Positions 24,045-39,129 of a DNA stretch of 64,000 nucleotides are shown here, piece by piece; position 1 is the stretch's first letter; every line of letters starts with the position of its first letter. This stretch comes from the human T2T-CHM13v2.0 reference genome, Homo sapiens. The DNA lies in assembly GCF_009914755.1 (NCBI RefSeq), contig NC_060927.1; one strand, given 5' to 3'. The translations under genes and the position numbers were made by a program. Under the pieces are notes generated by a model that saw only the letters and a list, made by a program, of their open reading frames with translations, made no database searches and was not told the DNA's origin.

Positions 24045-26612
24045 GAGAAGGAGGAGCAAGATGGCCAAATAGAAGCCTCCACTGATTGTCCTCCCCACAG
24101 GAACACCAAATTTAATAACTATACATACAAATAAATACCTTCATAAGAACTAAAAATCAGGTGAGCATTCACAGTACTTGGTTTTAACTTCATATTGCTG
24201 AAAGATACACTGAAGAGGGTGGGAAAGAGCATCTTGAATTGGTGACACCACCCTTCCTCCCCAGCCTCAACAGTAGCTGTGTTGCATGGAGAGAGAATCT
24301 GTGTGCTTGGAGGAGGGAGAGTGTACTAATTGCAAGACTTTGCATTGGGAACCCAGTAGTGCCCTGTCACAGCAGAAAGAAACACTGGGCAGAACTCAGC
24401 TGATGCCTGTGGAGGGAGCAATTACACCAGCACCCAGCCAGAGGGGTATCACCCATCCCAGCAACTGGAACCTAAGTCCCAGCAAGCCTCAGTACCACAG
24501 GCTAAAGTGCTCTGGGGTCCAGAATAAACTCAAAAGGTAGTCTAAGCTGCAAGTGCTGTAATTCCTGGGCAAGTGCTGATGCTGTGTTAGGCTTGAAGCC
24601 AGTAGACTTGGGGGCCACATGACCTAGTGAGACGTCAGCTGGGGTGGCCAAGAGAGTGCTTGTACTAACTCACCCCCAACCCAAGGCAGCATAGCCCACA
24701 GCTCTGAGAAAGACACCTTCCCTCTGCCTGCAGAGGAGAGGGAAGAGTAAAGAAGACTTGGTCTTGCAACTTGGATAGTAGCTCAATCACAAAAGGATAG
24801 GACTCCAATCAGAAACCTGATACCCCCATTCCAGGCTGTAGATCCTGGACATTTCTGGACACACACTGGGCCAGAAGGGGACCTCCTACCTTAAAGGGAA
24901 GAACCCAGTTCTGGCAGCATTCCTCGTTTGCTGGCTACTCGCCATGATCCTTGAGTGAGACTCTGAGAAGTGCTGGCTTCAGGTGTGACCTACAACTTTT
25001 CCAGTGTTGGTGGCTACAGGGAGAGACTTTAGAAAAGCAGAGGGAAATGTGAATAGGACATTGCCTTCCAGCTTAGATACCAGCTTGGCCACGGTGGGGT
25101 AGAAAACTAGTGGACTTGTTGGGTCCCTGATTCCAGGCCTTGGCTCTTTGATTGCATTTCTGGACCTGCCCTGAGCCAGAGGTGGGGACAACTGCCCTGA
25201 AGGCAGTGCCCCAGACCTAGCAGCATTCACTACAAGCTAACTGAAGAGCCCTTGTACCCTGTGTGAACATAAGTGGTAGCCAGGCAGTACTCACCACACA
25301 CTTGTGGCAGTGGTGGCCATGGGGAGAGTGCTTGTACAACTCACCCCCAACCAAAGGCAGCACAGCCCACAGCTCTGGGAGAGATGCCTTCCCTCTGCCT
25401 GGAGAGAAGGGGGAAGAGTGAAGAGGACTTTGTCTTGCAAAGTGGATACCAGCTCAGTCACAAAAAAGAAAAGTGTGGGAAAGACTTTGTCTTATGGCTT
25501 GGGTGCAAGCTCAGCTGCAGTAGATAGAACATGAGGGAGTTTCCTGAGGTTTCCAGATACTGGCCATGGCTTCTGGACAGCATCTCTGCATTCATGTAGG
25601 CTATGGGAAATTCGACACAATGAAGGGAAGGACACAAGCCTGTCTGGCTTTGCCATCTGCTGTTGATAGAGCCCTAGGTCTTTGAGTGAACTTAGGTGAT
25701 AGCCAGGCAGTGGTTACCACAGGCCTTGGTGAAACCCAATAACATGCTGGCTTCAGATATGACACAGTGCAGTCCCAGTTGTGGTGGCCACAGGGTGCTT
25801 GTTTTACCCCTCCCCCAACTCCAGGCATCTCAGCACAGAGAGACTGTTTGGGAGAAAGTAACAGAAGAAAACAAGAGTCTTTGCCTGGTAATCCAGGGAA
25901 TTCTTCTGCAACTTATCCAAGACCACCAAGGTGGTACTATAAGTCTGCAAGAGCTACAGCATTACTAGGCTTGTGGTGGCCCCTAATGCAGATCTGATGG
26001 CAGTGACCAAAAACTTAGAGTACAGTAGTCAAGACCCTTAGAATACCTGGAAAGCCTTCCCAAAAAGATGGGTACAACCAAGTCCAGACTGTGAAGACTA
26101 TAGTATTAATGAATACCTTACTGTTTGATGCTTTGACACTAATGAACATCCACAAACATCAAGACCATCTGAAAACATGACTTCACCCAAAAAACTATTT
26201 AAGGCACCAGTAGCTAATTTGGAAGAGACAGAGATATGTGACCTTTCAGACAGATAATTCAAAATACCTGTTTTGAGGAAACTCAAAGACATTTAAGATA
26301 ATACAGAGAAGGAAATCAGCATCTTATCAAATACACTTAACAAAGAGATGGAAATAATTTAAAAGAATCAAGCAGAAATTTTCCAGTTGAGAAATGCAAT
26401 TGACATACTGAAGAATGCATGCAGCATAATTGATCCAGCAGAATAAAGAATTAGTGAGCTTGAAGACACGCAATTTGAAAATACAAAGTCAGAGGAGACA
26501 AAAGAAAAAAGAATAAAAAACAATGAAGTGTGCCTACAGGATCTAGAAAGTAGCCTCAAAAGGGCAAATCTAAGAATTATTGACCTTAAAGAGGAGATAG
26601 AGAGAGATACAG
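24045..26612 (+). mobile_element. L1M1/L1MA-type 5'UTR plus start of ORF1 (3' part absent)
   Basis: ggagcaagatggcc...start, internally repeated 5'UTR modules, ORF1 remnant LQDLESSLKRANLRIIDLKEE. Confidence 0.85.
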
Positions 26613-26911
26613 GTAGAAGGAAGCCCAATGTCCATTTAAGTAAAAATTCAGGATTAATTGAAATTGTACCACAGGTGAGAATGCCAAAATTAAACATAAC
26701 CACTTTTTTGTAGTTTTAGTATGCTTTATTTAAAAACTGTATATAATTAAAATATCAGAATAATTTACAAAGAAATAAACCTAATTTAAAAACTATGAAA
26801 AGTATCAAATACTATAAAAACTTCAGTTCACTAATATAGTTGTTATAGATAGATAGATAATATAGATAAGCAGATTTTAGGTAGATAGAGTAAGAAATTA
26901 ACAGAACTTCT

Positions 26912-26912
<1 letters not shown>

Positions 26913-26950
<38 letters not shown>
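26913..26950. repeat. (GT)19 microsatellite
   Basis: Perfect dinucleotide run. Confidence 0.98.
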
Positions 26951-26953
<3 letters not shown>

Positions 26954-28209
26954 GTATATGTATTTTTAACCATTTGGAATTTCTGGAACCTTGCCCTGCA
27001 AAATATAAGAGAAGAATGAGAAGAAAATAAATAACTTTTACAAAAGAAAATGTTAATTCAACTTGATAATTTTTCATCTTGCTTTAATACTATTATTTAT
27101 CACACTGTGCATGCAATTTAAAGTGAAAATGAGAATCTATTTTTTCAGAGCTACAGAGTGTATAATATGCAGGCTGTTTAAAATAGCTTAGGTTTTAGAG
27201 ATTATATTAGGGAAAGTTTTAAAAGAAACATTTATATTCATTTAATTTTTAATTTAACTTTTATTAGTTTTCTATGCATCACATTTAGGGAATATATAGG
27301 CTTCAATTTTTTTCTTATTCCCTCATGTGCAGATTACTTACTAAAAGAAGTTTGGCATTTCAGCCAATCTTTTTTGTGTTAAAATCACACACCCTCCTTA
27401 CTTCCTTGTATATACTAGATTCACATTTTTCTCTCTAATATTAAAATCTAAAAATTTAAAATAGTATTACTTATACAATTATTGAATCCTTATACTTCAT
27501 GCTTTTAGAATTTGTAGATTCAGGTGGAGTAAATAATAAACATTATCTTTACTTGATCAACAAATTGCAGACTATTTAAACACGACTGAATGGGTATTCA
27601 AGATTATTAAAAGAATAAGTAACCATAAACCCTTGCAAAATATGAGTTTACAAATATACCTTTTATAAGTTTAACCCATTTATTCATTGAAATTATTCCC
27701 ATAAGTGTCTGTTAACCTCTTTACAAAATTGAATTTCATTTTTTCAAGCTAGTTTGAGTAATTGCATGTAATCAGAAGGAATATAATTGACTTTCTTTAA
27801 AATACTCAAACTTTTTGGTTATTTCAGACATCCTTGCTGAGATTCATGAATTTTTCCATACTCATTTAAGTAAACTATAATCAGGTTAATCAGTGTTTCA
27901 TGTTTTCTAATACTTTTTCTAGGACTAATGTGACAGTTCATGGAAGAGCAGCTATCCTTTATGATTGTGTTCTATGACATAGGACAGGCAGTTTTTGATT
28001 AAATGTGTGGTTCCTTTAAAATTCAGAAGAGTTTTCTGATCAAAATGATTACAAAACTGTGAATGGAAGTTGACATCCCTACAGTATTAAGGAGCCTGAT
28101 GCAAACCAACGAGCTATATTATATTTAACAACAGGACACTTGATGAACTCTCATTGAAGTGAGGAAAAACAAAGACAAGGGTTTTCTTGTCACCCGGCCA
28201 CTGTGATAA

Positions 28210-30730
28210 AGTAGATTTTCTGCCTATGTCCTCATTCATCTTCTTGTCTGGTTCCTCTCATCTCTTTACCTTTTAGATATTGGGAATGACTTGGTTCTTA
28301 TTTTTAGGGATCTTTTTTTATCTACACTCACTTTTCTGGTTAAGCTTGCCTAGTGTCACGGTTTTAAAAAACTGCTATTCCCTGAATGGTCCCAAATGTA
28401 TATCCTACGCTCAGATCTCTCCCCAAAACTTTCCTAAAGTCAGCTATCAATTGACGTAAGTGCCTAATAGAAATCTCATGTGATCCAAAACTGAACACAT
28501 GATTTCAGTGTTCCTTGGTCTTCCTTCAGTTCTTTGCCTCTTGGTAAATGGCAGCTGCATCCTCCCTTTGCCCAGGCCCAAATCTCATCATCATCTTGAT
28601 TCTTCTCTTTCTCCCACAATCTACAAGCAATCTGTTGTCAAATTCTGACAAATTTATCCAAAATGTATCTAAAACTCTACCAATTCTTACCACCAACTGC
28701 TGTCACCATGTTTAAGCCACAGTTGATTCCAAACTTCTCTTCCATTTTCTGACTATGCCCTTTTTCTGTTTATTTTCATGGAGCAGCTAGAGAAATTTTT
28801 TTTAATGACAGCCATTTATGGAAGTGAGCAGAATGAACACCTAATCTGAGGGTTTGGTGACGATGTTATAACCTGGCTTTTGACTTGGCTCCATCCTCCT
28901 ACACTGAAGTCATTGGCTTTTTGGCCTGTGTTTTATTTTATCCATTTACTTTTATTTAACTTTTATTATAAGTTCAGGGGTACATTTGCAGATTTGTTAC
29001 ATAGGTAAACTTGTGTCATGGGGGTTTAGTGTACCGATTATTTCATCACCCATGTGTTAAGCCTAGTACTCATTAGTTATTTTTCCTGATCTTCTCCCTC
29101 CTCCCACCCCCACCCTTCCATAGGCCGCAGTGTGTGTTGTTCCCCTCTGTGTGTCCATGTATTATCATTTATCTCCCATGTATAAGTGAGAACATGCGGT
29201 ATTGGTTTTCTGTTCCTGTGTTAGTTTGCTAAAGATAATGGCCTCTAGCTTCCATCCATTTTCCTGTAAAGGATATGATCTTGTTTATTTTTCATGGCTG
29301 TATAGTATTCCATGGAGTATATGTGCCATATTTTCTTTATCCCGTCTGTCATTGATGGGCATTTAGGTTGATTCCATATCTTTGCTATTGTGTATAGTGA
29401 TGCAATGAACATATGCATGCATATGTCTTTCTGATAGAATGATATATATTCCTTTGGGCGTATACCCTTTAATGGGATTGCTGGATTAAATGGTATTTCT
29501 GTCTTTAAGTCTTTGAGAAGTTGCCACACTATCTTCTGCAATGGCTGAACTAATTTACACTCCCACCAACACTATATACATGTTCCTTTTTCTCCACAAC
29601 CTTGGCAGCATCTGTTATTTATTTATTTTCATTTTCAAAAGAGGTGAAGCATCTGTTATTTTTTGACTTTGTAATAGCCATTCTGACTGGTGTGAGATGG
29701 GATCTCATTGTGGTTTTGATTTGCATTTCTTTGATGACTGGTGATGTTAAGCTTTTTTCATATGTTGAGCTTTTTTTTTTTCCACATGATTATTGGCTGC
29801 TGGAGGCATCATGCTACCCACTTCAAACTATACTATAGGGCTAACCAAAACAGCATGGTATTGGTACAAAAACAGACACATAGAACAATGGAACAGAATA
29901 GAGACCCAGAAATAAGCCTGCACCCCTACAACTATGTGATCTTCGACAAACTTGGGAAAAACAAGCAATGGGGAAAGAATTATCTATTCAATAAATGGTG
30001 CTGGGATAACTGGCTAGCCATTTGCAAAAGACTGAAACTGGACCTCTTCCTTATGTCATGTGCCAGAATCAACTCAAGATGGATTAAAGACTTAATTATA
30101 AAAATTATAATTATAAAACTATAAAAGCCCTGGAAAACAACCTAAGCGGTACCACTTAGGATATAGGAATGGGCAAAGATTTCATGATGAAGACAACAAA
30201 AGCAATTGCAACAAAACCAAAAATTGACAAATAGGATCTAATAAAACTAAAGAGAAATTTTTTTAGTCATTACATCAGGTCATGTCACCTTTCTGCCCCA
30301 GTCTGTCTTATGGCTTCCAATCCCACCCAGAATGAAAGCCAGATTCCTCACACTGTCCTACAATGCCTGTACAATGGAATAGCTGCCATTCCTCTGAGTT
30401 TATCTCCTAATCCTCTCCACCAACTTTTCTCATTTCTTTATCACAAACTTGGTTAGTCTTCCTGATCCTAGATATCACTGGAACCCTCCTTTCTCGAGCC
30501 TTTTGTAATTTCTAATCCTGTAATTCACTATTCCTCCCATATTTATGGATTGTGTTCTTATCTTCTTCAGGTATCTATGCTTCCCTTAACACCTTGCATT
30601 CAAAAGTGACTCACAACCCTACCCAATGCACTCTATCCCTCTTACCATAATATGTTTTTATCTTTTGCACTCAACACATTAGTATATCAAATGTTTACTT
30701 GTTTATTATTTGTAATGTGTGTTTTGGCCT
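28210..30730 (+). mobile_element. L2 3' portion, split by the L1 insertion at 28789-30264
   Basis: L2 motifs ...gcagctagagaaattttt | ...atcaggtcatgtcacc...tggcttcc are collinear across the insertion. Confidence 0.7.
28789..30264 (-). mobile_element. L1PA15/16-like insertion with 5' inversion and 3' extra sequence
   Basis: Antisense 3' piece ~28931-29796, sense ORF2 piece ~29797-30254, TSD AGAGAAATTTTTTT. Confidence 0.9.
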
Positions 30731-30822
30731 ATTGGATTTAGAGGTGATTCGCTTACAATATACTAGGGGATCCAAGAAAAAAAATGTATCTAACTAATAA
30801 AATAGAATTAGCTAGCCAAACA

Positions 30823-31448
30823 CAGTGGTGTCCTGGTAAATGTTAACAACTGGCTTTATGGTGAGAAGGGGGCAAAAATAAATCGACAAGTGCAATAAAA
30901 TAATTAGGAAGTGATGGGTTTTGAGTGTTTATTACCTTTGTTTCTAATACAATTTCTTTAATTTTATTTATGTTAATATAATTTGATATGGTTTGGCTGT
31001 ATCCCCACCCAAATCTCACCTTGAATTGTAATAATCCTCATGTGTCAAGGGCAGGGCCAGGTGGAGATAATTGAATCGTGGGGGCAGTTTCCCCCATACT
31101 GTTCTCATGGTAGTAAGTAAGTCTCATGATATCTGATGGTTTTATAATGGGAAGTTCCCCTGCACAAGCTCTCTTGCCTGCCACCATATAAGACGTGCCT
31201 TTGCTACTCTGCCTTTCACTACGATTATGAGGCCTCCCCAGCTATGTGAAACAATCAGTTCATTAAACCACTTTTTCTTTATAAATTACCCAGTCTTAGG
31301 TATGTCTTTATTAGCAGTGTGAGAACAGACTAATACATAATTTTATATCTTATGTAATTTTAGTAATAGATGTGTTTAATAATTTGTAAAATTCCTGAAA
31401 ATTTAGCTGTTGGCTTTTATAAGCTGGTATTAGCCAGTCCCTGCCACT
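30823..31448 (-). mobile_element. MER63-like hAT-Blackjack element interrupted by THE1
   Basis: cagtggtgtcctggtaaatgttaacaactggc...aaaattcctgaaaatttag...ccact. Confidence 0.65.
30984..31337 (+). mobile_element. THE1 (THE1C/D-like) MaLR solo LTR
   Basis: tgatatggtttggctgt...gagaacagactaataca with exact 5-bp TSD TAATT. Confidence 0.92.
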
Positions 31449-31449
31449 A

Positions 31450-31860
31450 AGTCCTGGCTTCACCATATGTAAAATCTGTTGTCTTGGATAAACCATTTAG
31501 CTTATCTTTACCTCAGTCTTTTAAAATGTAAAACAGACCTAATTATAGTTACCACCTCAATGGATGATTATGAAGATAAATTTAATAACATAAAGCAGTT
31601 ACCTGATATACAAGTAAGCAGTCTGTAAATGTTAGCTATTATTATTAGAATTATCATTAGAAATTCTTAATATTAAAATAATATAAAAAATATAAACAAT
31701 CAGTCACATAAGGCAGAGTAAATACGAGAAATAGTGTAAAGATTAATTAAACCTATCTCATATAGTTGTTGTGAGCTTTAAATGAGTTAATATACACTAA
31801 GTTCTTATAACAGTATCTGGCATATAGAAAGCAGTATCTTTCTATTGGCTGTTATTATTC
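31450..31860 (+). mobile_element. Two MIR fragments
   Basis: cctcagtcttttaaaatgtaaaa...aaatgttagctattattatt; acctatctcatatagttgttgtgag...aaatgagttaat. Confidence 0.6.
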
Positions 31861-34282
31861 TTCTCAATAAAAATTTAGAAAACTGAGAAATTGCAATAAA
31901 TATTTGAATAAATGAAGAGACAGTTTACCTTTCTGTGGGAGGACTATATGTTGTAGCGATTCAACTTTACAAATTAATTTATAAATGTAATGGAGTTAAA
32001 TAAAATAGCAATTGTATTGTTTTAAGGGAGAGACTAGAAGCATAACTTATTATATAAAGTCTTCTTTTAAGATAAAGAGCAATGATAAGGAAAGACTTGC
32101 CTTGGTAGATCTTAAAAGTATGTTTTTGTTCTTAAACTATAAATGGTTACTAGAGATGGTATTTTGTGGGGCCAAAAAATTAATTTTGGAGTTTGAATAT
32201 AACACTTAGTAGCTGTTCAATTTTGGTCAAGACAATTAAATGTTATCTTCAGAATCTTCATCTGTAAATAGGTTACTACATCAGCAAAAAAAAAAAATTA
32301 TGTAATAGAGTTGTTACAGGAACATTCTGATAATAGCAGATATGAGAACTCTTTATATATGGCATAGCAATAATAGACTTTGTGTGATTATTGACATGAA
32401 TAAAAACAATAAGTATAATGTTTATTTTTTATTAATTACGAACCTGTTTTATTTCTCTCTCATGAAAATAACTTTTATATGCACAGGGTATGAGCTCACT
32501 TTGTCTAGATATTTTTCTATGCTCAAAGCCTAGATATTTTTGTTAGTCTTTTTGCTATGCCTGGATTGCCCTTTTCTATCATCTCTGTTAATTGAAATAG
32601 CCCTCAGCCATCAAGAGCCACAAGAATACCAATTGTTTCATGAACTACTGCCTAAATCCCCCTCTACCCCCCGCTTCACCTTTTTTTTACCAGTTTGAGC
32701 AATGGGTCACTTCTGCTTGTCATGGATCATCTTCCATTTTCCTTTTCTGTTATCCCATTCAACCTCGGAATCCCTTGCCTCTTCAGAATAGTCTGGGAAT
32801 CAGCAGTATGAACATCACCGGGGAGCTTGTTAGAAATGTAGAATTCCAGGCCATACCCTAGATGAAAATCTCCAGGTAGTTCTCCTCTATATTATAGTTT
32901 GCGAAGGGCTCTTCTAATTAGTCATGAACCTCTTGAGTGTTGGGAAATGGTGAGAGGAGAGTTGCTCCATCTTATCTTGATGCCCTCTAGAAGGCCCAGA
33001 ATCTTTCAATGCTTTGCACATAGTAGGTATTCAATTGGTGGGTGTTGAATTGAGTTTTAATTTTAGTATTTTGAAGTCAGGAAAATACAGTTTAGGAAAA
33101 CTCAAATGTTGGGAAAGAATGTTCTAAAGTCAGAGCAAGAGTAAAGCTATTCATTATTGATGCTACTCACATCAACTAATCAATATTTCTTGGTCATCAA
33201 CTACTACTGTACCTTTTCATGCATAAAATATTTGTATAGATCCTTGATCTTCTAAAAAAAAAAAGGTCCTGAGTCTAACCTTTATCTTCAAAGAATTTAT
33301 TTAGATAACTAAGTCAAAATGTGGTTGCTTTGTCATCCTTGTAAATATTTAATATATGATATTAGAAGTCATGACAGAACTGTAAGGCATTGTGCATCCA
33401 AAAATGACTGGTAAATATCAAGATGTGATTTCATTAAATTATTTAAACAGATCAATGTATCATTTGTTTTGATTGTCTAGAAAATGGTGAACAAAACTAT
33501 AAGCAACAATTTTTTGTGATTAAAGTAAGACGATCATATACTGTAAAGAATTTTATTTTCCAATGTATGATTTTTAGATAGTGATATTTTCCCTTTCATA
33601 CTTCATTTGTAGGATTTTTCTGTCAAGAATTTTATCAACATTTTAAAAGTTTTACGAGTATCATTAATTAACATTTATCTGTCTGGATACATTGTTGTTG
33701 TGGATTAAATTAAGCATATCTTAAATTGTAGGTGGTCTCTTTCCATTACCTAGAAATTTGCAAGTCTGCTTCTCTCTGCTGTCAGCTGATATGTGCTTAG
33801 GGAACAGAAACTAATTTAACATTAACCTAAGCAAAATGTAATTAGGAGGCTAATCTGCTGAAAAATACCCCCAGCAAATTCTATTTTTATGCAATGCCAT
33901 TTTAATGGAAATGGCATTTTTATGAAATGCGAGTGACAAAGAATTGAATGATGCCTGTGAGCCTTTTATTTAATTTTGTGTGTTCTGTAATTTGTTAATA
34001 AAAGGGTAGGAGCACTCCACTCCTACCATTTTGGATATGGAATAGATTTGCAAAGTAGAATTCTTAATGTAAATATCCACTTTTAGTGCAAATAATTTTT
34101 TAAAAGTACAAACCTATGCCATAATTGATGCTCTAAATGGGTAGCGTGTGTGTATGTGTGTGAACGTATGGCATGACAACTGTAAGTAAAAGAGCTTTGG
34201 AAATTATTTCATGTTTCTCATCACTGCCCCTTTTCATCAAGACGAATAATTAAAATTGACTTTGCTTGTGTTACTTTCCTTT

Positions 34283-35528
<1,246 letters not shown>

Positions 35529-35622
35529 GATTTTGAAATCAAGTAATGGAACGCCTCTGGCTTTGCTCTTCTTGTTTATGATTGTTTTAACTATTTGGGT
35601 TTCCATGTAAATTTTTGGATCA
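35529..35622 (-). mobile_element. Short L1M ORF2 fragment
   Basis: ttttgaaatcaagtaatg...cctctggctttgctcttctt...ttccatgtaaattttt. Confidence 0.6.
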
Positions 35623-38600
35623 CGCATAATGAGCTCAGGAGGGAAGAGAAAGAACAAGTTATGGCTCAAGTGCATTAGTCTCTGTTCCTACTGAGATTTA
35701 GTAGATTTTTTAAAAATAAATATTTCCATTTTATTATACAAACTTAAAACAATTTCCATAAACTTTGGCTATTTTTTTGTAATTTTTCAGTTGTTATGGT
35801 TGTGCCATTGGGATGAGAGTGCTGCTCATTCCTCATGCTGCTGTTCTGGAAGCTGTATTTTAAGTCTTTTGGCTTAGGGCCACTATGGATATATTTCTGA
35901 GATACTAAGGGTACCACCAAAAAAGAATGTTCGGAAACCTCTATACTAGGACAAATTACTAAGCCCATTCATGTTTCAGAATTTACATCTTTAAAATAGA
36001 TGAAGTATATCCTGACACATAAGAAACCAATAACAAACTTGGCTATGTGTTGTTTATATTTCATATGCTTGTTAGGAGGAAGTATATATGTAAAAATGCT
36101 GTGTAAAATACTGCAATCATTATTGTCTCTTTTAAACAAGTTTTCATATTTTACTTCATTTTGTTCCTGAACTCAACTTGATAATAAAATTATTGGTATA
36201 AAAGGTTCTATTTGTAGGGACCCATATGAACTCATACCTTTCTTGAGATTCAACATACAGAATATAAATACCAACCAGTAAAATAATAAATGATAATTAA
36301 TTCCTCTGTATCACTTTAAGTCTGTGATCAAAGTAGAAGTCTAAGTTCATGATATCTCTTGTGGATTAAGACCCAGTAGGCACTGTTCTTCCAGTACTGC
36401 TCTTAGGGCCATCAGGAGTTAACATCCAATCACTATTCACCAGGATGTTCTTGGCTTTAATTATTATTGCTTAACTTTGGTTCATTTAGAACTGAATGCT
36501 AAAGTCCATGCAGCTTGAGTGTATGAAAACCTGTTTTATGACATGGAGAGTTTACTGCATTCACTTTTCTTAATTCATGTCAAACTTTCAAATGTTTTAC
36601 TTGGTAGAAGTGGACCATAGGGTGTTGCATCTTTCCTAAAACACAATTTATCTGGAAGCATCATGAAGGAATGTTTTCTTAAATGCATTTTGGAAAATAA
36701 ATTGTTCATCTTTTGGTCTTTATTTTACTACCAAGAAATTTTCCAACTCCAGTATTCAGGATCTATGACCAGAAAGCTAATACAAATTTTATTTTGTTTC
36801 TTCCCGGCAAAAAATATGCCTAAACAATTCAATTCAGAGTATGTTGAAAAGGCTTTTGTAACATATCTTTGAATTGCCTTTAAGCACGATAAAAACAGTT
36901 ACTGCAATTTAGCGAGTGGAATTGAAGAAGCAAGAAAAGGAATAAAACTGATCATTAGTAATATGTTGGGGAGAGGAATAGGAGGCAAGGGATACAGGGA
37001 ATAAACAATGGAAGATAAGGAGGAAAGTTTAAAAGTTAATGTGGCATGGATAACAATAATGACATTTGCGTGGTTTATAGAGAGTGTGTACATATGTCAT
37101 TTGCGTGCCACTCTCCCTCTTCTAGTCACAGATCATTTAGCTGAAGAAAGAGGCACTCATATCCACTCTAACTACAACGTAAAGGAAGTTCATTATAAGG
37201 ATCCTGAGGAATATCAAAGAATCCATTTGCCAGAATTAACATTGGAACTGGAAAGCTGTAGTTTCTTCTCTCTGACTTTGGGGTCATATATTCTTTTCTA
37301 CTAGTGTCTTTCTTTCCACAAGTCTTACATACACCTCTGCAAATTGGTTATCTTTGCAAGACCTTCAGACCCTTTCCCTTTGTAATTTCAGCCATGTGGC
37401 TTTATCTTGCACAAATGCCAACTCTGACTCTCTTTTGCCATACATTTCCCTATCCCTTCCTCTTCATACCACATTGAGTCAGAATTAGAGACCTAACTCC
37501 AAATTCCACATAGAGAGAATAAAATTGGCTGAATTTGTATAAGCTATCTGTTCTTAGTTTAGTAACTATGGCTGAAAAAATGAAGCCTATGTTATGTCGG
37601 ACTGTTCCTAGAGGGTCATAGATGGACCTGATTCTCTAAGAAGAGGATAGAAATACAGATATAATAATGGATATGTATCTTTGCATATCTTTGCATACCT
37701 ATTATGTAATTTCTAGTAAACTCTTTGAGAGAAGAAATCATGTCTTAGGTATTTCTTTTCCTAATACCTGGAACAATTTCAGAATGAATGTTGAATAAAA
37801 AGGCTTCACTTTGAGGGCAGTTTGAATTTGTACCTCAGGGGGCATTGTTATTGATACAAATGAAGAAAAGATTCTAGGGCCTTCATTTTTGCTGGATGTC
37901 ATCAAGGTAACTTTTGTTTTGGGGAAGTTGTTAATATTCTTTGGAAAGTAGACTTCTTTGAGCAAACTTTGAAGAGACTCTTTATACATGAGAATGGAGC
38001 AATAATCTCCCACCTATCCATTTTTGTTAACTAGTATTCCACAAAGTATTTTTAGTGTGTTTTTATGTTAAATTTTACACAGAACACAAATAAAATATAT
38101 TAAAATAGAATGCATGTTTATAGCAGGTGTAAAAGGTTAAGTACTGCCCATTAATATTCTTCCATGTAGCTGCCAACAAGCCCTCTCCCAAATCTTGAGG
38201 CACCTCTATAAAATTCCAAGGGCTCTAAAGTTTTAAAACCACCACTTCTAGATTAGAAGCAAGGAATTCATTGTCTAACTTGCTTAATGCTTGAATATAG
38301 TTATAATTTTAAGTACATAAGAATGTGATACAAAATATTATTAAGACAGAAAGGGATTTTATTGTCTGTTTTCTTCCCCTTGCTGCCATGTCACTTAGGT
38401 ATAAGATTCAAAAGCTAAAATATATTTATTCAATAAACATTAACTGACCATTGTTTGCTACATTCTTCATTTGACATAAAGGTGTGAATAAGACAGTCCT
38501 TAGTTATCATGTGTCGAGAGTCTATGTTAGAATTTTATGTAATGAGAACATTTTAATTTCATTATACTTAATACAAAATAGGCAGCATACTTAGAACCAC

Positions 38601-39129
38601 CAATGGCAGATGAAATAGTAGATATTTTAGTATACAGGGTAAGTACAGGAGTTCAGATTCTTTCATTCTCATCTTTCTCCTGAACCATAGACATAAGATC
38701 ATTTTTGATATAACCAGTAACTCTTCTGCTTTCTGTTGTCCTTTTGAGTCTCTCTCTCTGCCCAATATGACACAAAACACTAATTTCCCAACAAGGATGT
38801 CAAAATGCCCCAATATTTTAAATTTTATATCACTAGATAAGTGTAACAGTGTCATACTGAAACTAAAAGAAATACATAAGCTTATATTAAAGAGTATATT
38901 ATTGGATTGTTTGGTAGGGAGCATACAATGCTGGAATATCAAAATATTTTTATAAGCAAATGAGTTTGTCTAAACCTAAGGCATCTTCATAGAACTATAG
39001 ACATTAAAACTGAAAAGGAACTTAGAATTTATTGTAAGCAATGCAATTTCCTACCATATATCACTTCTTAATTTGCAATAAAATTTCAGGTTTTTCAGGG
39101 TGAAAATATGCCCAATATCATCCAATAAA

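Noticed and set aside
24655-25465. ~135-bp direct repeats as an array or CRISPR-like structure
   Set aside because: Internal modules of the L1M 5'UTR; no repeat-spacer periodicity
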